64,000 bases of DNA from Eledone cirrhosa. Taxonomy: Eukaryota. A model generated the notes under the pieces. The model ran no database searches and was not told the DNA's origin. It saw nothing but the letters and a program-made list of their open reading frames with translations. A program made the translations under genes and the position numbers. The stretch lies in NCBI GenBank assembly GCA_964016885.1, contig OZ024740.1, forward strand, positions 184,326,001 through 184,390,000. Reading direction: 5' to 3'. The first letter of the stretch is position 1; each line of letters opens with the position of its first letter. Below are positions 43,203-60,560 of this stretch, piece by piece.

Positions 43203-43205
<3 letters not shown>
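42957..43205. repeat. Spacerless palindrome of about 250 bp with a hammerhead in each arm
   Basis: Centre at 43080/43081. Minus 42990-43047 is intact: TTCATT-CTGATGA-TTGAAAGCAA..TTGCTTTTAA-GAAA-CCACTGG-TA-AATGGA. The plus copy (43114-43172) has GCAA instead of GAAA. Confidence 0.85.
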
Positions 43206-43236
<31 letters not shown>

Positions 43237-43244
43237 TATATTAT

Positions 43245-45240
43245 AACCAGCAGACTAACGCACAGGATAATTGTAACTGTAGAGCTAATAGAACCTGCCC
43301 TTTAGATAAAAAATGCCTAACCAAGGATATCATATACTCATGCACCGGCACGACTAGCAACTCTTCAGAAACCTATGTAGGCTCCACTTCTAACTGCTTC
43401 AAAATCAGATATAATTCGCACATCCACTCGTTCAAAAAGCACAGCCTAGCCAACTCCGCCTCACTTTCTAGCTACATACACTATCTAAAATCTAAAAATA
43501 AACCATACACACTCAAATGGGAAGTGATAGGCAGCGCGACCTCGTACAAACCACCTAATAAATTTTGTAACCTCTGTATACTAGAGACACACAATATTAT
43601 CTTCTCCAACCGTAACCTACTTAACAAAAAATCTGAGGTGTTTGCAACTTGCCAGCACCGCTTCAGACATTCCTTCCAAAACTTTAAGCCCAATATATAG
43701 CAATGTCGGACTGGAACCTAACACCACATCTAGCATCAAACACGAGAGGCACACCTTATACTACATACCCAACACTAAATGATCTAATATAACACAAACA
43801 ACGACATCCCTCTGGAACCCTTCGCAGGGAGAATACCCATTTATACCTCTACGTCAGGTGTGACAACATCCACCCACTTGAACTGCACTACACCGCTCTA
43901 TAGGTAATTTAAGCATGAATTGATCGGTTTGATAGTGTTGTGCGGAGGAAGCACCTTCCTTAGACAGATGAAAAACGATTTAATCTAGTAACGCTGTTGA
44001 GCAGTAGGACCAGGATGCTGAGCGCAGTGAGTGAATGCATTGCAACTGGCGTGCGGGTTTTACATATATGGATGATCTGGCGGTCAGAGAGGGGTCGTGA
44101 GGACTGCGGATTGACCTCTGGCCGGCCTGGAGATGATTATCTTTCGACATCCAATTTAGGAAGCGATGACCCAGAACTTACCAGAGATCATTGGGTCCTG
44201 AAGCAATCCTGCAATCACCGCGCCTGGTCCTATGAGTAGACTACAACCACAGAGATCATTAATTTAGAATCCTCGCTCATCATCTATAATATCCATTTGT
44301 GGCACCTTACGATGGGGGTTAATCCACCATAATAATATGAACACCTTCAGCATAACTTAATTAAACTACTCTATAGTTAATACACTTTATGCTTTAAAAA
44401 ATTTTTTGGAGGATGCGCATCACCATAGAAATTAGGGTCTATATTGTGACACATTTTAATAGCTAGGTATAGAAACCCCGGAGTTACTTCCCCGCATGCA
44501 TTAACTCCCCTTAGCCACACACACACTTCCGGGTGGTATTCAATGTCGTTTCTCGAAACGTAACAGCCTCCTGTATTGAACTAAAGAACATCAGACTACG
44601 ATTCTCTAACTGGATTGTCAAACGCTCAATATCGAATTGTCGTGGATTATGTGAAGGGCATATAATCGAAAAATACACTCCCCTGACCATGTAAATGTCG
44701 AAGTACATGAAATACTTGACATCCCTTCGCTGTGCATCTCCAATACTTTTAACACTTTTAATGCTTGCACTATTTTTAATGCTTATAACATTTCTCCACC
44801 CACAGACTATATCAATCATATAAAGAATTTGCCAACCTAACACTCTTGTTTACATACCTAAGTGCCTCTACCACACACATCTCTCTGCAACAATATATAA
44901 ACAAGACGCACATACTTGCCACACATATAACATTTGCACTATATAACCGCTTATCTTCATGTTGTATTTTAACCTGTATTTTTGATTTTTGATTGTACCT
45001 CTTAATATGAATGTAATCTCGAAGTTTGTACTGCCACTCTAAATTCTGTAATGAATGTTGACCCACAATATTTGCATATGTATCGGTATGTCTCTTGGCT
45101 GAAAAGGAGGTCATATAACTGTCCATGCATTAATAAATTGCTCCGAAGAATCCAAACCTCGGTTTGGAGGAAACAGCTGTAAGCACAATAATGTTTTGAA
45201 CAGTTCTTTGATTCTTATATTTCATATAACTGCTCTGTAA
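43245..45240 (+). mobile_element. 5'-truncated Penelope-like element (GIY-YIG remnant + long 3' region)
   Basis: 43255-43700 reads CNCRANRTCPLDKKC..IIYSC..TYVGSTS..RYNSH..CNLCILE. A hammerhead-like motif at 45139-45185 reads TGCT-CCGAAGA-stem II-GAAA-CAGCTG-TA-AGCA (U4C change). Confidence 0.75.
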
Positions 45241-45398
45241 ATCATCTGATGTTTTTACATTGAGCTACTTAACTTACTGGTAATAAGGTAGTAATACATT
45301 ACTGCCTACCACTATTTAGGGTGTGTATAAAAAATACTTATAACTGCATAAGGTTTTGTATTTACATAACCATAAATAGTAAAACTAATACTATATGT

Positions 45399-49100
<3,702 letters not shown>

Positions 49101-49102
49101 TG

Positions 49103-49604
<502 letters not shown>

Positions 49605-49620
<16 letters not shown>

Positions 49621-50458
49621 TACATATACATATATAAAATTATAGATATATATATGTTGCAACCGCTCACTTTTAAGCTCTATGAAGAATTAATAAATTA
49701 AATAATCAGAGCAATATATCATAAATCATGTCTTTAGAATTATTAGATAAAATATATACCGTTTCTTCTTCCAATTAGCATAATTAACCATATAAGAAAT
49801 CAATTAGACCAAGCTATAAGAGGAAAGACTCTTATGAAGAAATCTTCGACAAATAACCGAAAGTGGCCTCTTCGCGGTGGCCCCAATATAGTATATTTAT
49901 CCAACATTTCGACAGCATGTAGAAACTGACTAAATATATCATCAACCATACACAATTAGGTGTAAAATTAAACTTAGAAGAAATGTGTACATACCGTAAT
50001 TATATCTCTACCATGGTTTCATCCGTATTTTTAGACATCCAATTAATACGAAAGTCCTGAGTTAGGATTTATCAGGGGACAAACTCAAAATCATACATCT
50101 AGTTTTTCAACCTGAGCCCGCCAAAATTAGATTAAAAAATGGCTAAAAATCGCTATGTCACTGTGGTCAAGCTAGAAAGAATGTGATTGGCTGCTTACGG
50201 CGGGTAGGCTTGTTGCTAGAAAGCGCAGCCAAATATCGCCAGATTTAATCTAAACCCAACGGGAGATTATTAAATATAAAGGTTTACATATACATATATA
50301 AAGTTATAGATATATATCTTGCAACCGGTCACTTTTAAGCTCTATGAAGAATTAATAAATTAAATAATCAGAGCAATATATCATAAATCATGTCTTTAGA
50401 ATGGTTAATTATGCTAATTGGAAGAAGAAACGGTATATATTTTATCTAATAATTCTAA
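49605..50458. repeat. Unclassified repeat with direct (49605-49740 / 50270-50402) and inverted (49737-49790 / 50403-50458) duplications
   Basis: Direct reading; joined directly to the broken 3' end of the neighbouring PLE ORF. Confidence 0.6.
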
Positions 50459-53400
50459 TGTGATGTAGTCTTCGAGCGAAGTGGAGTGCCTTAGTTTTTC
50501 TATTTGTGAAAGAGTGGAGATGTGTTCGAAACCTAATTTTGAACGGGCCGGAGGTAGCCCCTATATAATGTTTAACGCTATTGTGGCTAGTAATAGTGCA
50601 TCTATATATAACCCTATCAGTCATGCAGTATCCTCTAAGGGGGCAGCGTCCTCTGTCGCGGCAGTTGCAATTTCTGTCGCGGTTCCGTCTATTTCCCACG
50701 ATAAGGCTATCATTGTTGCTGCCTACGTTGTTATCTACGCTATCGCAGCTGTCGTTAGCACCATTACAACCCACAGAACGTGGGGTGGTGCGATTGTTAT
50801 TCAGCACGTCATGTCCTGCATGTTCCCCAGTTATTTCGCGGTTATGCTGGTTGCGTCTGCGGATGCCGTTGTCAACACTATTGGATGCTGCCAGGGAGTT
50901 GTTAAGGCCGATATAGTTATTGTCAGCTGTAGGTGCGTCTGTGTCGAGGTGCTGTGTCTTGGTGATCTTACTGTGGTTCGTTGTTCCTATGATGTCTGCT
51001 AGGTTAGGAGTAGTAGTGAAGGATATTTTTATATTGTTCCTGTTAAGAATGTTTCTATATCTATGGTTGGGCGGGAAGTTCTTCTCTAAGGCTTCGAAGA
51101 ACATCCGGGGTATGTTGGAGGCCACACTCCGAGAGTGGGGGGGGGGGGACAATAGGACATTACGGTGGCGATTACGTGTCCTTGTACTTTTGCTACGGGT
51201 GGTTCCATCTAGGTGACCGCTCTTATGTGTGTTAATCCGCAGTCGCCCGTTCGGTGCCCCTTTCACTTTATGCTCGGGTGCACTCTTCCTACCTCTTCCA
51301 TGTTTATGTACACGAAGATGTTGGCTGGAAGGCGTTGGTAGTAGGCCGTCGCCTTTGTTGGTTTGGTAATAGGGGAATAGTTCGAGTAATCTACATTGTT
51401 CACCGTCGCCGTGGTCGTGATCTTTAGTGCGGTTATCTATTCCATTATATCCGATCAACGAGGTCTCCGCGTGATCGGTTATAGGTATGGCTTACTATAA
51501 CGTTCGTTTTATGAGGGGGTGGTTTCTAGAGCTAGCGTTAGGGATGTATGAAATTCCTCGGTTAAAGCCGGCAGCTTATCAAGGCCCTATTGTAGTAATC
51601 TGCCGCTTGGTTGAAGATATCCTCATTGGCGGATAGCCTCGAGATTCTATGTGAGATACTATAGACTATGGAGTTGAGAGTCTTCTTAGGGTGGTTGGAG
51701 GCATAATTAATATAAGAGAGGCACTCTCCAGGCTTATGGTATGGCTTGTATAAGCCCGTACTCAACTCCAGGGTCACGTCCAGGAAGTTGACAACACTGT
51801 GGTTGAGGTCCATAGTTACGGATAGGTCGTATAACTTCAAGAACCTGTGTATATGTTTGTTAAGGTTCTCTATCCTACGGGGGCTATGGTTCCTAACGGT
51901 AAACAGGGCGTCGTCCCTATATATACCTCCTTGTAGGGCCGGTATCTCTTTCCTAAGCTTATGTAGGAGGTATATCCCGACCAGGTCAGTTGCTTGCGCT
52001 GAGTCACTGGACCCCATCGTGACATCGAAGTTATCAGGACGGTTGGTTCTGGTCCAGTGGGAGCCTTCGAACTGGATTATTCTTTCTACGCGCCGCTAGA
52101 ATTATGTCTATTTCTTTTTTAGTGAGGCTAGTGTTAGATCTTGCTAAGATAAGTGCCTTATTTAAGAGTATGAGGGAGATAGAGGAGTAGTAACTATCTA
52201 TATCAAACTGGATGAATTTCAAGGTAGCTTTATCCGGCAACTCGGTGAACCAATTTATGACCTGGTCGGTGTTGCCCTAGAGGCAGACCTTAGCCTTTCT
52301 ATTAAGCTCCAGTAGTACTCTGTCGAGGATCACTTTACTAATCTTACCTATATCTGATGTAGAGGGGCACATTAGTCTAACAGAGGGGCTTTCATTAAAG
52401 TGATATTTGTGATCCTTAAGAGAGAATTTAGGCGTGAGAGGGACGTACGGGTTAGTGTACTTTTCTATTTCTAAGCTGGTGACTATATCCTTCCCTACTC
52501 TATTTATGTCATTTAGGGTACTAGAGGGTGTCTTTTTGTAGTCATTGTGTAGTTCCTTATAGATGATTTTTTTATACTTACTCGCGTCCATCTTGTACAG
52601 CTTTTTGGTTTTGTCGGAGGTGACGAAGATGTGCGGGTCATTCTTGATCTTAGTTATTAGTGTATCAAGGGACGTTAAGAATGGATTGCTGCATTGGTGT
52701 TTCTTTCTGAACTTAATGTTTTTGATCATTTTCAGCAGGTCCTCTTCAAAGGAGTCCAGTAAGGTGTTGTGCGGTGGGTTTCGGTATGTTTTGAAGCCAT
52801 ACCTCTCTTTGGGTTCAGGAAGGTTACGGGTGTTCTCGTCCAGGTGGTAGGCCTTCTATCTGACTCTCCGTATAAACGAATTAGTAGCGTCTATAAGCAG
52901 TTTAAGGTAGGTTTTTCTGCTGGGTAAGGGGATACACTTGAGAGACATGGGTAACGGCTGGTTCTCCAACATAATGGCAAATAAGGTGAGATGCTCTACA
53001 AAAGGAGCACAGTAATACAGTATTTACGTATCAAGAAAGAGAAAAAGGGGGAGGATAGGTGATACATATAGTTATTTGCCAAGTAGCGTATGCCAAAGGT
53101 GCTCGATACTAGTGCCGGCAGTATTAAATATTCGAAGTGTTAATATTTAGTGGGCTAGAGAGTTAGCAGAGCGTAAGTACGTGGGAAAGTAAAAAATCGG
53201 AGAATAGACCGTTAAAACATGTTTATTTAAAACAGCACCTACGTACGTATCGCCCAGTTGGGCTTCTCAAGGGCATAAATAATGAAAAGTGTTCCTTATA
53301 TTGCTCGGAAAGAGATTTTGGGGTTAAATCCACATCAAGGTTCATTGCTCGCAAAAAAAGCTTGTGTTGATTTTGCAGCAGGTCAAGGGAGATAACTCCG

Positions 53401-53985
53401 GCCGGTGTTAGGGCAGTCTTACCCGGACAATATTATTTTTTTTTTTGCCGCATCTGTTTGTCTGAGGCTGGGTCTGGTATGCAAGGATTGTTTCCTGGGT
53501 GTTATTTTGCAGCGCTTGCCCGCCGGGGTGTTAAGACTTGTTGCAGGGAGATCCGGTGTACGGTTTCACTCCTCATCTTTAACCCACCTGAAGAAGGATA
53601 TTTTTAAGCGATGTGTTAAACTTATCGCTGTTTCAGCTTTGTTGTTGATGAGCTCGTGGGGTGCAGTTATGATGTGGTAGAGCTCCATGAGGCAAAGATC
53701 GCATTTCCTCTTGAAGTTGTACGGTGCAGCCCTACCGACAACCTCCCAGTGCGTGGAGAAGCTGATGTTTAAGTCCTTTAGTGATGTGATGTAGTCCGCG
53801 AGCGAACTGAAGTGCCTTAGTTTTCTATTTGTGAAAGAGTGGACTACATCACATCACTAAAGGAATATTTAATACTGCCGGCACTAGTATCGAGCACCTT
53901 TGGCATACGCTACTTGGCAAATAACTATATGTATCACCTATCCTCCCCTTTTTTTCTCTTTCTTGATACGTAAATATTGTATATA
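50459..53985 (-). mobile_element. Near full-length Penelope-like element in partial-tandem (pLTR) arrangement, disrupted
   Basis: ORF from ATG 52972 (SLKCIPLPS..FIRRVR, FDIDSYYSSI, MGSSDSA, GGIYRDD, VIYRC..HYIGATS..RFRTH). Upstream 52975-53845 is the 3' end of a preceding copy (ORF end plus UTR). 53864-53985 is an inverted copy of 53015-53135. Confidence 0.9.
53235..53274 (-). ncRNA. Hammerhead-like motif, U3:A8 variant, in pLTR
   Basis: Reverse complement: GCCC-TTGAGAA-GCCC aact GGGC-GATA-CGTACG-TA-GGTGC. GATA replaces GAAA, so this copy is probably inactive. Confidence 0.55.
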
Positions 53986-54003
53986 TATATATATATATAT
54001 ATA

Positions 54004-56246
54004 TTGGAATAAATGCTCTGAAATAGCGATATATATGTGAATATAGACATAGAATATTCGAAAATATTCTGTATGTTTATAATAAACATTTTGAAGACCT
54101 AATCGCTATAGAATAGAATACGTCACGTATTACAATTAGATTCTCGATAAAAGCAAGGGAAGTAATCTACGCGTTTCATTCTCGTTAGAAATCATCAGGA
54201 CTACATATCCAGTGCTTTTATCGAGAATGACACAGCTAGAGACTTATAGAATACTTAGCTGTGTACAGGAACTGGTTTGAAAGAGCGGTTGCCGGTCCGG
54301 CAGAAATTAGAAATTGGAATAAATGCTCTGAAATAGCGATATATATGTGAATATAGACATAGAATATTCGAAAATATTCTGTATGTTTATAATAAACATT
54401 TTGAAGACCTAATCGCTATAGAATAGAATACGTCACGTATTACAATTAGATTCTCGATAAAAGCAAGGGAAGTAATCTACGCGTTTCATTCTCGTTAGAA
54501 ATCATCAGGACTACATATCCAGTGCTTTTATCGAGAATGACACAGCTAGAGACTTATAGAATACTTAGCTGTGTACAGGAACTGGTTTGAAAGAGCGGTT
54601 GCCGGTCCGGCAGAAATTAGAAATTGGAATAAATGCTCTGAAATAGCGATATATATTATAAACATACAGAATATTTTCGAATATTCTATGTCTATATTCA
54701 CATATATATCGCTATTTCAGAGCATTTATTCCAATTTCTAATTTCTGCCGGACCGGCAACCGCTCTTTCAAACCGGTTCCTGTACACAGCTAAGTATTCT
54801 ATAAGTCTCTAGCTGTGTCATTCTCGATAAAAGCACTGGATATGTAGTCCTGATGATTTCTAACGAGAATGAAACGCGTAGATTACTTCCCTTGCTTTTA
54901 TCGAGAATCTAATTGTAATACGTGACGTATTCTATTCTATAGCGATTAGGTCTTCAAAATGTTTATTATAAACATACAGAATATTTTCGAATATTCTATG
55001 TCTATATTCACATATATATCGCTATTTCAGAGCATTTATTCCAATTTCTAATTTCTGCCGGACCGGCAACCGCTCTTTCAAACCAGTTCCTGTACACAGC
55101 TAAGTATTCTATAAGTCTCTAGCTGTGTCATTCTCGATAAAAGCACTGGATATGTAGTCCTGATGATTTCTAACGAGAATGAAACGCGTAGATTACTTCC
55201 CTTGCTTTTATCGAGAATCTAATTGTAATACGTGACGTATTCTATTCTATAGCGATTAGGTCTTCAAAATGTTTATTATAAACATACAGAATATTTTCGA
55301 ATATTCTATGTCTATATTCACATATATATCGCTATTTCAGAGCATTTATTCCAATTTCTAATTTCTGCCGGACCGGCAACCGCTCTTTCAAACCAGTTCC
55401 TGTACACAGCTAAGTATTCTATAAGTCTCTAGCTGTGTCATTCTCGATAAAAGCACTGGATATGTAGTCCTGATGATTTCTAACGAGAATGAAACGCGTA
55501 GATTACTTCCCTTGCTTTTATCGAGAATCTAATTGTAATACGTGACGTATTCTATTCTATAGCGATTAGGTCTTCAAAATGTTTATTATAAACATACAGA
55601 ATATTTTCGAATATTCTATGTCTATATTCACATATATATCGCTATTTCAGAGCATTTATTCCAATTTCTAATTTCTGCCGGACCGGCAACCGCTCTTTCA
55701 AACCAGTTCCTGTACACAGCTAAGTATTCTATAAGTCTCTAGCTGTGTCATTCTCGATAAAAGCACTGGATATGTAGTCCTGATGATTTCTAACGAGAAT
55801 GAAACGCGTAGATTACTTCCCTTGCTTTTATCGAGAATCTAATTGTAATACGTGACGTATTCTATTCTATAGCGATTAGGTCTTCAAAATGTTTATTATA
55901 AACATACAGAATATTTTCGAATATTCTATGTCTATATTCACATATATATCGCTATTTCAGAGCATTTATTCCAATTTCTAATTTCTGCCGGACCGGCAAC
56001 CGCTCTTTCAAACCAGTTCCTGTACACAGCTAAGTATTCTATAAGTCTCTAGCTGTGTCATTCTCGATAAAAGCACTGGATATGTAGTCCTGATGATTTC
56101 TAACGAGAATGAAACGCGTAGATTACTTCCCTTGCTTTTATCGAGAATCTAATTGTAATACGTGACGTATTCTATTCTATAGCGATTAGGTCTTCAAAAT
56201 GTTTATTATAAACATACAGAATATTTTCGAATATTCTATGTCTATA

Positions 56247-56250
<4 letters not shown>
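54004..56250. mobile_element. Retrozyme-like tandem array 2 (same 310-bp unit)
   Basis: About 2.1 antisense units (54004, 54314, 54624), a flip near 54655, then about 5.1 sense units (hammerheads at 54844, 55154, 55464, 55774, 56084). One substitution seen (54775). (TA)n on both flanks. Confidence 0.9.
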
Positions 56251-56321
<71 letters not shown>

Positions 56322-56322
<1 letters not shown>

Positions 56323-56503
56323 GCAAACATCACGGACGCTCTATCTCAAAATTATTTTTGAAAAGCATTAGATATGCGCAACCGGTAAAACTTAAAACCA
56401 AAACTTAATACTAACCAATACTATTACTAATTATCACTTATTCCTAATTAAACTATTTTTCACTGTGAACAATTTGTCATCATTTTCTATTCCGTTAACC
56501 AAT
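56322..56503. repeat. Dispersed repeat fragment (probable PLE tail)
   Basis: Reverse-complement homolog at 60563-60756, which folds back into a palindrome at 60685-60842. Confidence 0.6.
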
Positions 56504-56530
56504 ATATATATATATATATACGCACATATA

Positions 56531-56617
<87 letters not shown>

Positions 56618-56619
<2 letters not shown>

Positions 56620-57090
56620 TAGAATTAGAGCTCTGAAATAGCAATATATATATGGATGTATATATAATGTATTTTGCAATACACTTTATGCTTAATTAAA
56701 AGCATTTTGAAGACCGTACGCTATTGTTTCAGAGTAGTGACAAATTCACTTACTTTAATCTCAGCAAACAGGGGAGATAAGCCGACAAGGGCCTTGTTTC
56801 GCTTTTGTTGAAGCTTATCAAGGCTAACTACCCCTCCTCTCTACTGAGATTACTGATGTTATATTCTTATAGAATTCTAGTAAATAATCAGGAGCTGATT
56901 ATACAGACCGATTGTTGGTCAGGCAGGAATTAAAAATTAGAATTGGACCTCTGAAATAGCAATATATATATGGATGTATATATAACGGTCTTCAAATATA
57001 TATATGGATGTATATATATATATATATGGATGTATATATACGGTCTTCAAAATGCTTTAAATTAAGCATAAAGTGTATTGCAAAATACAT

Positions 57091-57100
<10 letters not shown>
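56618..57100. mobile_element. Diverged 318-bp retrozyme-like unit with short inverted arm
   Basis: CTCTGAAATAGC recurs at 56631 and 56949; blocks shared with the 310-bp unit. Hammerhead on minus 56779-56826: TAGCC-TTGATAA-GCTT caacaa AAGC-GAAA-CAAGG c CCTTG-TC-GGCTT. 57041-57100 is an inverted copy of about 56657-56717. Confidence 0.8.
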
Positions 57101-57176
<76 letters not shown>

Positions 57177-57226
57177 TATATATACACATATATATATATA
57201 TACACACATATATGTATATATATATT

Positions 57227-57257
<31 letters not shown>

Positions 57258-57261
57258 GTAT

Positions 57262-57353
<92 letters not shown>

Positions 57354-57357
<4 letters not shown>

Positions 57358-57545
57358 TATTGTTATGATTGCTAGATGTATTGTTGCTGTGATTGTTAGA
57401 TGTATTGTTGTTATGATTGCTAGGTGTATTGTTGCTGTGATTCTTAGATGTATTGTTGTTATGATTGCTAGATATATTGTTGCTGTGATTGTTAGATGTA
57501 TTGTTGTTATGATTGCTAGATGTATTGTTGCTGTGATTGTTGTTT
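57354..57545. repeat. 24-bp minisatellite with alternating A/B units
   Basis: TATTGTTGTTATGATTGCTAGATG alternates with TATTGTTGCTGTGATTGTTAGATG, about 8 units. Confidence 0.85.
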
Positions 57546-57929
57546 ACTTCACCGTTATTGTTGTTGTTACTCTTATTTCTACCATTGTGGTTGTTACTTT
57601 TATTGTTTCTTGTTTTTGTTGTGTCTATCATTAATGTTGCTACATGTATTATTTCTATTATTACCACTGTGGTTGTTGTTGTTACCGTTATTACTACTGT
57701 GATCGCTACAGCTGTGTCTGTAGTTAATGTTTCTATTATTATTATTATTATTGTGGTTGTTGTTGTTGTTCTGTCTATCGTTAGTATTATTACCATTATT
57801 ACTATTTCTCACTCTCCTGCTATTGTTATTGTTATGGCTATTACTATTATAGCTGTTATTTCTATACTCAGAGTTATTGTTTATATTACTACTACCGTTA
57901 TTATTGTTGTTGTTGTTGTTTACTTTTGA

Positions 57930-58390
57930 ATTCTAACGTATTTTTGTGAAACACTTTTCCAGCTTCGTTTTGCACTCAATAAGGTTAATCTTTTTGTAGA
58001 TGGCAATTTTTGGTGGTAGCTGCAGGATTTGTTGTTCTTGTTCACTGATTAAAGTGTTCCCATAAATATTTACTGTGTGGTCATTGGTAAATTGTTCCGG
58101 TAGTTTTACATCAGTCATACGGATATTGTTAATGTTATCTGTGTATTTTTGAGAATACTCTATTCTCCTTTCTTGTAGTTTTTTCTTATTCATACATTCT
58201 AATTTCTTATTGAAATGCCTATTGCATTAGATTAGGGCGTATTTCGTTTCACGTCGGATGATGCTCATGAAGTCATCCCTTTCGTTTGGTGTGGTGAGAT
58301 TTTGGACTTCCTTACCGTTAATGCGTTTCTGTCTGTAGAGTTCGTTGACTTTTGTGTATGTTTTACCCATACATTAACATTGATTTTGGT
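57930..58390 (-). pseudogene. Inverted N-terminal PLE ORF fragment
   Basis: ..EQQILQLPPKIAIYKKINLIECKTKLEKCFTKIR resembles the pre-RT region of PLE proteins; abuts the plus-strand RT fragment. Confidence 0.5.
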
Positions 58391-58399
58391 GTGGAAAAA

Positions 58400-60560
58400 T
58401 GTGTTGAGATGATCATTGAGAGTGAGGTGGAGTTCGGCGACGTCGAGACAAACGAACTGGGCCTCCTACTTAGACTTACCTACGACACTGACTACTTAGA
58501 CGGCCATGACCTTAGACGTTTCTGCCCCAGTAGACCCATAAGAGGTAGACCCCCCACCATAACCTCAATGGCTAAAATGACTCCCATGGGAAGGTGGATT
58601 GGGTGGACCAAAGCTATACGGACCCCCAAAACAATGATCAGGTGAGAAAAATGGTCGCACATGCAATAGGGGCTAGTATCAAAACTACCCTAAAGGGCCA
58701 CATATTCAAGTTCAACGAGAAGATCTACACCCAAAATGAGGGAGCAGCCATTGGCGTCAGCATAGCTGGTGATGTTGCCAAACTTTTTATGGTATGGTGG
58801 GTAAGGAGACTTAAAGATCTCCTTAATGAGAGCTCCATAGACCTCATCATGTACTCTCGTTACGTAGACGATATCAATATAGTTATAAGAACATCCCCAC
58901 TGGAGAGCACTAACAAGTTTGATTTAGAACGTAGCACAATCGAAAGCATCCAGCAGATAGCTAATTCCATACACCAGAGTATAACTGTAACTATCGACTA
59001 ACTACCCTTCCAAACACCCTAACAATAGACTACCTGTATTAGAGACGGAACTCTGGTTTAACACTATAGACGAGAGAACCCAAATTCTCCACTCACACTA
59101 TACTAAACCTATGGCCTCCAAATACCTGATACTCAAAAATTCAGCAATGTCCAGTAGTGCTAAGTTTAACATTCGGATCGCAGATTTGGTACGAGTGATG
59201 AAGAATGTGTCCCGCATGTGCGACCCAACAGAAATGGAAAGACACATCCAACACTTCATCAACCGCATGCAGTTCTTTGGCTACAACCAAAGAGACAGAG
59301 TCAGAGTATACGAAGGAGCCATGGAGAAGTATAAGACCCTCATAGAACTGGATATGAAAGGAATTTGCCCATTATACAGGAGCAAATCATGGAATAGCTT
59401 AGATAGGGCTAGACATAAGATAGGGAAAGCCACCTCATGGTACGACAACCAGAGATGCCAGAGTGTCATGTTTGTGGACGCTACCCCTGGAGGGAAATTA
59501 GCTAACCAGTGTAGAAAGGCCCTGAGAAAGACCCACTTAAAGATTAAGGTGGTAGAAAAGCCAGGAACCACCACCAAATCCCTGATCATCAAAACCTACC
59601 CTTTTAAGAAAACCCACTGTACTAATAGGAAATGTATCATATGTAACGTAAACCCCCGGATATACTGTAAAACTAGAAACGTGGTCTATAGCATAAGATG
59701 TACAGAGGGTACTTGCAGAAACATGACAACAACATACATAGGCGAGACAGCTCATAGCATAGGTGAAAGGATAGACTAACACTGGGGGGAACTAAAAGGA
59801 CGAAAAAACGGATAAGTAATATACGAACATGCCAGACAACAAAACGACGGTAACATAGACAACATATAAATTAGAATAATATCTAAATATAGAAATGACC
59901 CAGCAGATAGGCAAATCAGAGAGGCCAGTGAAATAGAACTTAGAAGGCCAAGGCTAAACAGAAAGAATGAATGCAATACCAACAACACCCAAACAAACAA
60001 CACTGACCTAAGAGAAGTATAAATAAATAAATAGATAAATAAATAAATAAATACATACACAAGCACAATAACAACAAACACATATAAACACACACTAGTA
60101 AAGATAGAATACATTAACCAATGCACAGTCACCCAATCACGAACACACATCAAACAAAACACTATACACACACGCAAACGCATGCGCAAAGAAGACAAAA
60201 TAAAATAAACAAATAAATAAATATATAAACAGACTAAATAAAGATGGCGTAGAAAATACAATGTAACAGGAGCAAACAATAGCACCACTAACGATTTTGC
60301 AGATGTGCAACGAAAGAACTTTGATAAACTGTATATATGTGTTTGTGTCTATATTGTATCTGTATTATTTTTGATCGCTGGTCAGTCAATGGCAACATTG
60401 AGGACCGAATAAATAAGATTACCGATATAATAGACACAGAAGCAAAAAGCGAAAACCAACCAAACAGTGAGTGTGTTCTGTTATTAATTCTGGCAATATT
60501 ACACAAATATGACCCTCCCCAAGTATAACGATATTTGTTTCGACACACGATTTCATATTA
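58400..60560 (+). mobile_element. Penelope-like element (RT + Cys-rich linker + GIY-YIG), disrupted
   Basis: FKFNEKIYTQNEGAAIG, YSRYVDDI, CTNRKCIIC..CKTRNVVYSIRC..YIGETA; degenerate hammerhead at 60284-60325 (CTAACGA core). Confidence 0.88.

Noticed and set aside
50041-50120. CTGATAA/GAAA boxes in the unclassified 49605-50458 repeat
   Set aside because: The boxes lie on opposite strands; no consistent hammerhead topology.
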